DNA of 64,000 nucleotides from assembly GCA_900757025.1 (NCBI GenBank), contig CAAEMG010000007.1, positions 7,976-71,975 of the forward strand, written 5' to 3'. Shown one piece after another: positions 47,815-56,142 of this stretch. Within the stretch, counting starts at the first letter, position 1. Each line of letters opens with the position of its first letter. Both the position numbers and the translations under genes were made by a program. The notes under the pieces were generated by a model. The model had not been told where the DNA came from. It saw nothing but the letters and a program-made list of their open reading frames with translations, and did not search any database. Source of the DNA: Clostridia bacterium. GTDB lineage: Bacteria > Bacillota > Clostridia > Lachnospirales > Anaerotignaceae.

Positions 47815-48603
47815 TTATTTAAGGCATATATATGCAGCCATACTGCCCCTTTCGTTTCCCATTCTTCTATGGGAATAAAAAAGCTCTTCGCTGCACATTG
47901 TACATCTGTTTGTTACTTCAATATTTGTTACTCCGCAAGACTCCAAAAGTCTTTTGTTTATTCCCCACAAATCAATTTTATAGTGGTCGGCACAGTTTTT
48001 ATCGTCAAATATAAATTCGTTGGCAAAATCCGCAGCCTTTTCAAATTCCTTAACAACAGGCTCGTCAACCTGAAAGCAGCATACGCCTATGGAAGGGCCT
48101 ATTGCCGCCGCAATGTCTTTCGGTTCTGTTCCAAACTCTTCCTTCATTTTTTCAATAGTTTCACAGCAGATTTTTTTTGCCGTTCCTCTCCAGCCGGAAT
48201 GAATCATTGCCACAGCCTTATTTTTTGTATCAACCAAAAAAACAGGAACACAGTCTGCATGGAAAGTTGAAAGCACAACGCCTTTTTCATTGGTTATAAA
48301 TGCGTCATAACCGGAAATGTCTTTTCCTATATCTTCTTTTGTTACTCTCAAAACCTTTTTGTCATGCACCTGATGTCCGCATACAATGTTTTCAGGCTGC
48401 ACATCTATAACGGAGCATATGCGTTTTATGTTTTCGTCAACATTTTCTTTTTCGTCGCCTCTTGTGTAGCTTACGTTAAGGCTGTCAAAAACGCCTTTGC
48501 TTACTCCGCCGACTCTTGTTGAAAAAGCATGGCTCACAAGCCCCGTTTCCTCTATATTTTTAAAAACACAATATTTAATGCCGTTTTTTTCTCGTATTTC
48601 CAT
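47815..48603 (-). CDS. pgeF: Peptidoglycan editing factor PgeF (YfiH/DUF152, laccase-domain protein)
   Basis: ..HQVHDKKV.., ..TFHADCVPV.., ..IHSGWRGT.. motifs. Confidence 0.85.
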   Translation of the reverse strand: MEIREKNGIKYCVFKNIEETGLVSHAFSTRVGGVSKGVFDSLNVSYTRGDEKENVDENIKRICSVIDVQPENIVCGHQVHDKKVLRVTKEDIGKDISGYDAFITNEKGVVLSTFHADCVPVFLVDTKNKAVAMIHSGWRGTAKKICCETIEKMKEEFGTEPKDIAAAIGPSIGVCCFQVDEPVVKEFEKAADFANEFIFDDKNCADHYKIDLWGINKRLLESCGVTNIEVTNRCTMCSEELFYSHRRMGNERGSMAAYICLK

Positions 48604-48608
48604 TTTTA

Positions 48609-48980
48609 TCAGCTCTCCCAGAAAGCATTTTCCGTATGGCGCATATAAAGCTTTCCGTCTTTTTCCAAAATTTCCGTTACGTCAAAACGAATATCTTTTC
48701 CATACAGATTTTTTTCATCAATATATTTTTTTGCCGTTTCGATTATTCTTTTTTGTTTTCTAATGTCCACAGCTTCGCAGGGCATGCCCATGGCAAGGCT
48801 TTTTCTTGCCTTAACCTCAACAAACACAACTATGCCGTCCTTTTCCGCAACAATATCTATTTCTCCGCCTTTTCGGCAGTAGTTCATATTCAATATTTTG
48901 TAGCCTTTTTTATATAACTCTTTTGCGGCGGCTCTTTCTCCTCTGCTGCCCTTGCTTCTGTTCTCACTTTTGTTTTCCAT
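48609..48980 (-). CDS. yraN: YraN family endonuclease-like protein (UPF0102)
   Basis: ..GERAAAKELYKKGYKIL..N......GEIDIVA......VFVEVK.R pattern. Confidence 0.85.
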   Translation of the reverse strand: MENKSENRSKGSRGERAAAKELYKKGYKILNMNYCRKGGEIDIVAEKDGIVVFVEVKARKSLAMGMPCEAVDIRKQKRIIETAKKYIDEKNLYGKDIRFDVTEILEKDGKLYMRHTENAFWES

Positions 48981-48983
48981 TTT

Positions 48984-49748
48984 TTATATAAAGTTTTTAA
49001 CAAATGTTTTTCTGTGTATAGAGCAAATTCCCTTTTCTTTTATGGCTTTTATATGTTCTGCCGAGCCGTAGCCCTTGTTTTGTGCAAAGCCGTATCCGGG
49101 ATAAATTTTGTCGTACTCTTCCATCATTTTATCCCTTGTTACCTTTGCCACTATGCTTGCCGCACCTATTGAAATGCTTTTTGCATCTCCCTTTATTATT
49201 GCCGTTTGGGGAACATCTATGAGGGGAATTGTTACGGCGTCTGCAAGAAGATGGTCTGGCTTAACGGAAAGCTTAGATAATGCTTCTCTCATTGCCTTAT
49301 ATGTTGCCTGAAGAATGTTTATTTCGTCTATTTCCGCAGGGGAAACAATACCCACCGCATATGAAACAGCTCTTTCGGTAATAACCTTATAAAGTTCTTC
49401 TCTTTTTTGTGCCGAAAGTTTTTTGCTGTCATTTATGCCTTCTATAAGGTCATCTTTTTTCAGTATAACAACTGCCGCAGCAACAGGCCCTGCCAAAGGC
49501 CCTCTGCCAACCTCATCAACGCCTGCCACATAAACACAGCCTTCATCATAAAGTTTCTGTTCATATTTATATATGCTTTTAAGCCTTTCCTGCTCGTCAA
49601 AATATGCTTGTTTTCGTTTTTTTGCCGTTTCCGTCAGCTTTATAACGCCTTTTCTTTCGTCACTGCCGTAAAAAGCAATAAAATCATCAAGTTCTTTTAA
49701 AGTACATTTTTCAAGTTTTTCCTTTATTGACAAAACAGATTCAGCCAT
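48984..49748 (-). CDS. rnhB: Ribonuclease HII
   Basis: ..VAGVDEVGRGPLAGPV.., ..DSKKLS.., ..ASIVAKVTRD.. motifs. Confidence 0.93.
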   Translation of the reverse strand: MAESVLSIKEKLEKCTLKELDDFIAFYGSDERKGVIKLTETAKKRKQAYFDEQERLKSIYKYEQKLYDEGCVYVAGVDEVGRGPLAGPVAAAVVILKKDDLIEGINDSKKLSAQKREELYKVITERAVSYAVGIVSPAEIDEINILQATYKAMREALSKLSVKPDHLLADAVTIPLIDVPQTAIIKGDAKSISIGAASIVAKVTRDKMMEEYDKIYPGYGFAQNKGYGSAEHIKAIKEKGICSIHRKTFVKNFI

Positions 49749-49837
49749 TTTTCATACTTCCCCATAAACATAATAATTCAAATTAAAGTATACACAAAAA
49801 TAGTCTTTTTGTCCAATTTTTTAAAGCCAAAAAGAAA

Positions 49838-49860
49838 AGCCTCGGCGTAATGCCAAGGCT
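49838..49860 (-). terminator. Intrinsic terminator after flavodoxin
   Basis: AGCCTTGGC-ATTAC-GCCGAGGCT followed by TTTTCTTTTT on the minus strand. Confidence 0.7.
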
Positions 49861-49948
49861 GTTCTTTGTTGTGAGGGGTTATTGTTTTTGTATTGGAGAA
49901 AGTTATTTGGTAAAATTAATTTTTCAGTAAGTAATTATTATATTATTA

Positions 49949-50374
49949 TCAATATTTGGCAAAGCCTGCACCAAAGTCTTTGCATTTTGCAATACCGTCT
50001 GAATCAGGTGCTGAGTTAATAATAAGACCTTCATCATAAAGATTTGCGCTGTCGCTGTTTACTCTGTCCTGCCAGCTTCTCATCCAAGCACCGTCTCCCC
50101 AGCCGTATGAGCCGAAAAGAGCTATTTTCTTGCCTGAAAGATGACCTTCTATGCTTGTGAAGAATGGGTCAAATTCTGATTCTTCAAGAACTTCATCACC
50201 CATTGCTGAGCATCCGAAAGCTATTCTTTCATAATCATCTACGCTGCCTTTAAAATCGCCTACATGAAATACTTCAACTTCGCTTCCGGCACTCTTCATG
50301 CCTTCTGCAATGGCGTTTGCCATGGCTTCCGTATTGCCTGTACCGCTCCAGTATATAACTGCTGCTTTTCCCAT
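49949..50374 (-). CDS. Short-chain flavodoxin
   Basis: MGKAAVIYWSGTGNTEAMA... 141 aa. Confidence 0.9.
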   Translation of the reverse strand: MGKAAVIYWSGTGNTEAMANAIAEGMKSAGSEVEVFHVGDFKGSVDDYERIAFGCSAMGDEVLEESEFDPFFTSIEGHLSGKKIALFGSYGWGDGAWMRSWQDRVNSDSANLYDEGLIINSAPDSDGIAKCKDFGAGFAKY

Positions 50375-50391
50375 TTTAAAAAATCCTCCTT

Positions 50392-50958
50392 TTATGCTGC
50401 GCCCAATATTGTTTTAAATGACGCTTCTGACGAAATTATATTCTGTACAATGTGATAGCTTTTTGAAATTTTGCAAAACAAGTCCTTTGCTTTCTCTGCA
50501 TTGCCGTATACTTTCCAATATCCGCACAATTTATAGTTATCGCCTTTATATTTTATAAAGCCGAAAACGTCTTCTTCGGGATAGCCGAGGAAAAAGCCTA
50601 TTTCGTGAGGAAAAGAACCCGTTGAGCGAATTCTTTTGCCCAGATAGGAAAGCATTTCTTCCGTGGGGGTGGTTTTGGAAGAAGGATAACCTATAGTTTC
50701 AAGATAGGCCGATATGTTTTGTTTTAGAAGGGTGTTTTGAAGCACCGATTTTCTGTAGGCTATTATAAAAAGCCTGTTTTTGCACCTGTACAGAGGTTTA
50801 AAATATATATCCTTTTGGCGGAAAAGAGTTTCATATGCAAGCAAAGTCATGCTGCACTCTCTTGCCTCCGCTATCGGACAGGAAAAAAGTGTGGCCTGTT
50901 TAACGCCCAAAATAGTTGGGGCACAGGAAGTTAAAATATTCTTTTCAACTGATTCCAT
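50392..50958 (-). CDS. DUF3793 family protein
   Basis: ..CAPTILGVKQATLF.., ..FPHEIGFFLGYP..DV.GF.. pattern. Start preferred at ATG 50958, 11 nt after GGAG. Confidence 0.7.
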   Translation of the reverse strand: MESVEKNILTSCAPTILGVKQATLFSCPIAEARECSMTLLAYETLFRQKDIYFKPLYRCKNRLFIIAYRKSVLQNTLLKQNISAYLETIGYPSSKTTPTEEMLSYLGKRIRSTGSFPHEIGFFLGYPEEDVFGFIKYKGDNYKLCGYWKVYGNAEKAKDLFCKISKSYHIVQNIISSEASFKTILGAA

Positions 50959-50977
50959 ACTTTTATTCACTCCTTTT

Positions 50978-50993
50978 GTTAGTTTTGGCTAAC
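50978..50993 (-). promoter_or_regulatory. GTTAG-N6-CTAAC palindrome in the DUF3793 leader
   Basis: Minus strand reads CTATAGTTAGCCAAAACTAACAAAAGGAG. The flanks are shared with the element at 51315-51328. Confidence 0.45.
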
Positions 50994-51010
50994 TATAGTG
51001 TAACCAAAAA

Positions 51011-51292
51011 TCAATGACAGTACTGTTCCAATATTTTCTTTAATGCACTTGAGCTTGAGCTGTGTGAACGGGCGATTTCCATATTTCCCATTTTTGCCTC
51101 ACTTAAAGCTCCCGAAACCATTGTGTGTGAAACAGTGCTTGTAAAAAGAACAAGAAGGTCTGCTTTGCCAATTTGGTTTTTAAAGCTGGCGGGCATCTGT
51201 GTAAAAACTTTTGCCTTACAGTTGTACTTCTTGCATATATCCATATATTGTCTTACCATGCGGTCATGTCCACCGACTATAACAACACTCAT
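51011..51292 (-). CDS. DUF2325 domain protein
   Basis: MSVVIVGGHDRMVRQY....LVLFTSTVSHTMV pattern. Start ATG 51292 lies 9 nt after GGAGA. Confidence 0.7.
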   Translation of the reverse strand: MSVVIVGGHDRMVRQYMDICKKYNCKAKVFTQMPASFKNQIGKADLLVLFTSTVSHTMVSGALSEAKMGNMEIARSHSSSSSALKKILEQYCH

Positions 51293-51314
51293 TATTAGCA
51301 TCTCCTTTCTTGTA

Positions 51315-51328
51315 TTAGCTTTTGCTAA
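51315..51328 (-). promoter_or_regulatory. TTAGC-N4-GCTAA palindrome at the predicted 5' end of the DUF2325 transcript
   Basis: Minus strand reads CTATAGTTAGCAAAAGCTAATACAAGAAAGGAG, 5-10 nt after the putative -10. Confidence 0.45.
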
Positions 51329-51338
51329 CTATAGATAA

Positions 51339-51367
51339 ATAATAACATCATTTTCCTCTGTTGTCAA
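51339..51367 (-). promoter_or_regulatory. Putative sigma-A promoter of DUF2325-DUF3793-flavodoxin
   Basis: TTGACA (51367-51362), 17-nt spacer, TATTAT (51344-51339). Confidence 0.55.
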
Positions 51368-51467
51368 TACTTAAATTTAGTTTATGCTAATATTTTTTAT
51401 ATTATTCTAACTCATAGTGAATTTATAGGAATACATTGTATTTCAAACCTATTAAACATAAAAAAAA

Positions 51468-51491
51468 CAGCCCTCGAAACACCGAAGGCTG
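51468..51491 (-). terminator. Intrinsic terminator after rpsT
   Basis: CAGCCTTCG-...-CGAGGGCTG followed by TTTTTTT on the minus strand. Confidence 0.8.
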
Positions 51492-51504
51492 TTTGGATAA
51501 AAGC

Positions 51505-51768
51505 TTACTGAAGCTTGTTTACCATCTTTGTAAGGCTTGATTTCTTTCTTGCAGCTGCGTTTTTATGGAAAATTCCCTTTGCATATGCTCTGTCGATAGC
51601 TGAAACAGCGCCTGTAAGAGCTGCCTGAGCTGCTGCCTTATCTCCTGCTTCTACAGCTACAACTACTTTCTTCATAGCTGTCTTTGTGCTTGATTTTACC
51701 ATTTTGTTAAGAAGTGTTTTCTTAGCTATAACTTTAACTCTTTTTTTAGCGGATTTGATGTTTGCCAC
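51505..51768 (-). CDS. rpsT: 30S ribosomal protein S20
   Basis: [13 protein letters not shown]... 87 aa. Confidence 0.95.
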   Translation of the reverse strand: MANIKSAKKRVKVIAKKTLLNKMVKSSTKTAMKKVVVAVEAGDKAAAQAALTGAVSAIDRAYAKGIFHKNAAARKKSSLTKMVNKLQ

Positions 51769-51809
51769 TGTTGTTTCCTCCTAATCAATAAAACTGTTTA
51801 AACGAACAA

Positions 51810-52166
51810 TTAGTTTAATTTAGCCTTTGCTGTTTCAGCAAGCTTTGTGAAAGCTGCTGCGTCATTTACTGCAAGCTCAGCAAGCATTTTTCTGTTGATG
51901 TTTACATCTGCAAGCTTTAAGCCGTGCATTAACTGGCTGTAAGAAATGTTGTTCATTCTTGCAGCTGCATTGATTCTTGTAATCCAAAGTGCTCTGTATT
52001 CTCTCTTTGTCTGTTTTCTGCCTGCAAAAGCATAACCCATTGCCTTCATTACAGACTGCTTAGCTACTCTGTACTGTTTGCTTCTTGCTCCACGGTAGCC
52101 TCTTGCTAATTTTAATACTTTTTTATGTCTTTTTCTTGCGTTAAGCGCACCTTTAACTCTTGCCAT
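51810..52166 (-). CDS. rplT: 50S ribosomal protein L20
   Basis: [26 protein letters not shown]... Confidence 0.97.
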   Translation of the reverse strand: MARVKGALNARKRHKKVLKLARGYRGARSKQYRVAKQSVMKAMGYAFAGRKQTKREYRALWITRINAAARMNNISYSQLMHGLKLADVNINRKMLAELAVNDAAAFTKLAETAKAKLN

Positions 52167-52199
52167 TGTTCAGTTCCTCCTATTAATATTCCTGATAAA

Positions 52200-52400
52200 T
52201 TAAGCGTATGGTAATAATTTCTTCTTGATGCTGTTAAGAACAGTCTTGTCTGTTAATGTAGACTTTCTTAAGTTTCTCTTTCTCTTAGTTGACTTTTTAC
52301 CAAGAATATGCTGTGTATTAGCTTTATGTCTGCTAAGCTGGCCTGAACCTGTTACTTTAAAACGTTTTGAAACTGCTTTTTTTGTTTTTAATTTAGGCAT
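52200..52400 (-). CDS. rpmI: 50S ribosomal protein L35
   Basis: [20 protein letters not shown]... Start ATG 52400 follows a GAGGAGG SD. Confidence 0.95.
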   Translation of the reverse strand: MPKLKTKKAVSKRFKVTGSGQLSRHKANTQHILGKKSTKRKRNLRKSTLTDKTVLNSIKKKLLPYA

Positions 52401-52434
52401 TTTAATGTCCTCCTCGTATTCAATCAATAAAAAT

Positions 52435-52947
52435 TTATTTGTCACCCTTTGGGGCAAGAAACATTACAAGACTCTTTGCTTCCATTTTAGGGGCTTTATC
52501 TACAACGCCAACCTCAGAAACTTCTTTGGCGAAATCTTCAAGTATAACCACAGATGTTTTTGAGTGTCCTATTTCTCTTCCTCTGAAACGAATGCTTACT
52601 TTAACCTTATCTCCGTTTTTAAGGAATTCGATGGCTTTTTTTACCTTAACCTGAACATCGTGAGTATCAATATTAGGAGACAGACGAAGCTCTTTAACTT
52701 CAATAACCTTCTGTTTCTTTTTAGCTTCCTTTTCCTTTTTAATCATATCAAAACGGTATTTGCCGTAATCCATGATTTTGCATACGGGCGGTTTTGCGTT
52801 GGGAGCAATTTTTACAAGGTCAAGTTTCTTCTCATCTGCAAGCTTCTGCGCATCTCTTGAAGATATAAGACCAACCTGGTTGCCCTCTTCATCAATAAGT
52901 CGTATTTCTTTGTCTCTAATCTGCTCGTTAATCATTAACTCAGTAAT
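52435..52947 (-). CDS. infC: Translation initiation factor IF-3 (probable ATT start at 52947; in-frame ATG at 52935)
   Basis: ..[17 protein letters not shown]... IF-3 pattern. GGAGG lies 9 nt before the ATT and 21 nt before the ATG. Confidence 0.9.
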   Translation of the reverse strand: MTELMINEQIRDKEIRLIDEEGNQVGLISSRDAQKLADEKKLDLVKIAPNAKPPVCKIMDYGKYRFDMIKKEKEAKKKQKVIEVKELRLSPNIDTHDVQVKVKKAIEFLKNGDKVKVSIRFRGREIGHSKTSVVILEDFAKEVSEVGVVDKAPKMEAKSLVMFLAPKGDK

Positions 52948-53095
52948 AGCTCAGCACCTCCAAACAAAATAAAAAAAGCGGACAGCAAAACTATCCGCAA
53001 AAAATCTACATAAAGGCTTATGCCTAAAGTTATATTTATTAACCCTGTCGTGCTTTGTGCCGCAAGGTGAGAAGCGGATACTTCTGCTTTGTTAC
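52948..53095 (-). promoter_or_regulatory. infC-rpmI-rplT leader with a terminator/antiterminator (L20-leader-type attenuator)
   Basis: Minus-strand hairpin GCGGATAG-TTTTG-CTGTCCGC plus T7 (52998-52971) lies upstream of the SD. An upstream TATCCGC can pair with the terminator 5' arm. Confidence 0.55.
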
Positions 53096-53102
53096 CTAAG
53101 AT

Positions 53103-53131
53103 AGTATACCAGTGTGATGTGTCTTTGTCAA
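53103..53131 (-). promoter_or_regulatory. Sigma-A promoter of the infC operon
   Basis: TTGACA (53131-53126), 17-nt spacer, TATACT (53108-53103). Confidence 0.7.
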
Positions 53132-53253
53132 CACATTTTTTAAGTTTTTCCTTATTTTAAAGGATTTTTTTGGGAATATGCAAATTATTATTCGTGAAAC
53201 ACTTTGCAAAAAGACAGCCCGACAAAACTGCCGAGCCGCCACACAAGCATTTT

Positions 53254-55161
53254 TTATGCTCTTGTCTTTATTTCTTCCGTAATTCTTGCAATTACATCTG
53301 CAATATCCTGCTGTCCTTCTTCACCGGCTCTTGAACGAAGTGAAACTTTGTTTGCTTCAACGTCCTTTTCGCCAACAACAATGATGTAAGGTGTTCTTTC
53401 GTTTCTTGCTTCTCTGATCTTGAAGCCGATTTTTTCGCTTCTGAGGTCTTTTTCAACTCTTATGCCGGCATCTTCAAGCTGCTGTGCAACTTTTTCTGCA
53501 TAGTCATTGAATTTTTCGCTGATTGTAAGAACCTTAACCTGTACAGGTGAAAGCCATGTAGGGAATGCACCTGCATAATGCTCGATAAGTATACCGATAA
53601 ATCTTTCGATAGAACCAAAACATACACGATGAATCATAACAGGACGTTTCTTTGAACCGTCTTTGTCTGTATATTCAAGTTCAAATCTTTCGGGAAGGTT
53701 CATATCAAGCTGAATTGTACCGCACTGCCATGTTCTGCCGATTGAGTCCTGAAGATGGAAGTCAATTTTAGGGCCATAGAATGCGCCGTCGCCTTCATTT
53801 ACTACATAATCCATGCCAAGGTCTTCAAGAGCGCCTTTAAGACCGTTTGTAGCCATTTCCCAAGCTTCGTCGCTGCCCATGCTGTCTTCAGGTCTTGTTG
53901 AAAGTTCAACATGATATTTGAAACCGAAAAGTTTGTAAACGCTGTCGATAAGAGCTACAACGCCTTTAATTTCATCTCTTATCTGTTCAGGTGTCATAAA
54001 GATATGTGCATCGTCCTGTGTAAAGCATCTAACTCTCATAAGGCCATGAAGAGCACCGCTTTTTTCATGTCTGTGAACAATACCGAGTTCGCCTACTCTT
54101 AAAGGAAGATCTCTGTAAGAATGAAGTTCCTGTTTGTAAACAAGCATACCGCCCGGGCAGTTCATAGGCTTGATAGCGTAGTCTTCATCATCAATTACAG
54201 TTGTGTACATATTTTCTTTGTAGTGATCCCAGTGTCCGCTTCTTTCCCAAAGCTGTCTGTTAAGGATAATAGGTGTCTGAACCTCTACGTAGCCGGCTTT
54301 CTTATGAATTTCTCTCCAGAAATCAATAAGTGTGTTTTTAACAATCATGCCCTTTGGAAGGAAGAATGGGAAGCCCGGACCCTCTTCAAGAAGGCTGAAA
54401 AGCTTAAGTTCCTTGCCAAGTTTTCTGTGGTCACGTTTTTTAGCCTCTTCAATCATATTAAGGTATGCTTCAAGGTCTGATGCCTTTGTATAAGCTGTTC
54501 CGTAAATTCTGGAAAGCATTTTGTTCTTTTCGTTTCCTCTCCAGTATGCACCGGCAACACTCGTAAGTTTAACTGCCTTAACAGGCTTTGTGCTCATAAG
54601 GTGAGGGCCGGCACAAAGGTCTGTAAATTCGCCCTGCTTATAGAAGGAAATAACGGCATCCTCGGGAAGGTCTTTAATAAGTTCAACCTTATATGGTTCG
54701 CCTTTTTCTTCCATAAATTTAATAGCTTCTTCTCTTGGAAGTTCAAAACGCTCAAGGGCAATATTTTCTTTTGCTATTTTTTTCATTTCAGCTTCAATGT
54801 GCTGAAGGTCTTCTTCCGTAAAAGGTGTTTCTCTGTCAAAATCATAGTAGAAACCGTCTGCAATAGAAGGACCTATAGCAAGTTTTGTTTCAGGGAAAAG
54901 ACGTTTGATAGCCTGAGCCATAATATGGCTTGCTGTGTGGCGGAATGCTCTTTTTCCGTCTTCGTCGTCAAATGTGCAGATGCTTACCTGTGCATCGTTT
55001 TCAACTACAAATCTTAAATCTTTAACTTCTCCGTCAACAAGACCGCAGCAAGCGTTTCTTGCAAGGCCTTCGCTGATGCTTTCGGCAATCTGAAGCACTG
55101 ATACAGGTGATTCAAATTCTTTTACAACACCGTCTTTAAGTGTTACTTTAATCATTTTCAA
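53254..55161 (-). CDS. thrS: Threonine--tRNA ligase
   Basis: 635 aa with TGS, editing, class II core and anticodon-binding domains. MIKVTLKDG... N-terminus. Confidence 0.97.
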   Translation of the reverse strand: MKMIKVTLKDGVVKEFESPVSVLQIAESISEGLARNACCGLVDGEVKDLRFVVENDAQVSICTFDDEDGKRAFRHTASHIMAQAIKRLFPETKLAIGPSIADGFYYDFDRETPFTEEDLQHIEAEMKKIAKENIALERFELPREEAIKFMEEKGEPYKVELIKDLPEDAVISFYKQGEFTDLCAGPHLMSTKPVKAVKLTSVAGAYWRGNEKNKMLSRIYGTAYTKASDLEAYLNMIEEAKKRDHRKLGKELKLFSLLEEGPGFPFFLPKGMIVKNTLIDFWREIHKKAGYVEVQTPIILNRQLWERSGHWDHYKENMYTTVIDDEDYAIKPMNCPGGMLVYKQELHSYRDLPLRVGELGIVHRHEKSGALHGLMRVRCFTQDDAHIFMTPEQIRDEIKGVVALIDSVYKLFGFKYHVELSTRPEDSMGSDEAWEMATNGLKGALEDLGMDYVVNEGDGAFYGPKIDFHLQDSIGRTWQCGTIQLDMNLPERFELEYTDKDGSKKRPVMIHRVCFGSIERFIGILIEHYAGAFPTWLSPVQVKVLTISEKFNDYAEKVAQQLEDAGIRVEKDLRSEKIGFKIREARNERTPYIIVVGEKDVEANKVSLRSRAGEEGQQDIADVIARITEEIKTRA

Positions 55162-55194
55162 AAACTCCTCTCAAATACATTTTTTTCGGGTCAA

Positions 55195-55435
55195 TAAAAA
55201 AGCCCCTGTCCGCATTTGCAGACAGGGACGAATTAACGTGGTTCCACCCTGATTATTTTTTCCTAAGAAAAAACATCTCTAAAGCCTTAACGCAGCTTAA
55301 ACGGGCATTTTTTCAGTGCCGCTCAAAGTTCAGTTTTCACCGCAATGTTTCTTAAAAACGCTTTCAGCCTGTGGCGTTTTCTCTCTTTAAGGCTTGTATA
55401 CGGCTACTCTACTTTTCATAGCTTTTTTCTTATAC
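55195..55435 (-). promoter_or_regulatory. T-box leader (threonine-type) with a terminator
   Basis: Minus strand carries AGAGAG, the T-box AATCAGGGTGGAACCACG (55254-55237) and the terminator CCCTGTC..GACAGGG plus a T-run (55227-55195). Candidate specifier is ACT in GGTGAAAACTG. Confidence 0.85.
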
Positions 55436-55441
55436 ATTGGC

Positions 55442-55469
55442 ATTATATCACATCTTATTTTTAAGTCAA
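55442..55469 (-). promoter_or_regulatory. Sigma-A promoter of thrS (extended -10)
   Basis: TTGACT, 16-nt spacer, TGaTATAAT (55447-55442). Confidence 0.7.
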
Positions 55470-55619
55470 TATAATTTTTTTGCTTTTTAATATTTATAAA
55501 TTTAGAGCAATGAAGCAGTAACCGGTACACAGCCGTCAGCAGACAGAAAAAACTTGCCCACTGTTTAACGAATACTGAAAAAACTACACAAATTCTACAT
55601 AATTTTTTTAGTAATTATG

Positions 55620-55648
55620 TTGACATCCAATTTTTTCAATGCTACAAT
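55620..55648 (+). promoter_or_regulatory. Sigma-A promoter of the MarR-MATE operon
   Basis: TTGACA, 17-nt spacer, TACAAT. Confidence 0.7.
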
Positions 55649-55650
55649 AG

Positions 55651-55662
55651 GTAGCACGCTAC
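55651..55662 (+). promoter_or_regulatory. GTAGC-N2-GCTAC palindrome at about +1 (candidate MarR operator)
   Basis: GTAGCACGCTAC sits immediately after the -10 hexamer. Confidence 0.4.
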
Positions 55663-55699
55663 TCTTTTGGGCGTTTATTTTTTTGAAAGGAATTTTATA

Positions 55700-56138
55700 A
55701 TGCAAAACACTGAAAAAGAAAAGCATATCGGTCTTATTTTTAAGCAAATTCATAACAAAACCATTCAGCGTATGCACTCCTGCCTTGCGGCAGACGACCT
55801 TACACTTTCTCAGCTTGCAGTACTTGACTGTATTTTTGAAAATGAAAAAATTTCAGTCAAAGACCTTGAAGAAGAATTCAGTATGCAAAGGTCAACAACC
55901 CTCGGAATTTTAAAAAGAATGTGCTGCAAGGGTCTTATAGAATATTTTCCCGACGAACATGATAAACGCTGCCGAATTATACGCCCCACAAAAAAGGCAT
56001 ATGATTTGAAAAAAAAAGACAGACGAACACAAACAGAATCTTGACATTCTTATGCTTGAAACTTTAACCAAAGACGAAGTGAAAGAGCTTCGCTGTCTTT
56101 TAAACACTGTTTTGAGCAATTTAAGCAAGGAGGTATAA
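55700..56138 (+). pseudogene. MarR-family regulator, frameshifted at an A9 tract (56009-56017)
   Basis: The wHTH part is in frame 1 up to ..KAYDLKKK. The C-terminal helix (TDEHKQNLDILMLETLTKDEVKELRCLLNTVLSNLSKEV*) is in the next frame. An A8 tract would restore one ORF. Confidence 0.8.
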
Positions 56139-56142
56139 AAAA

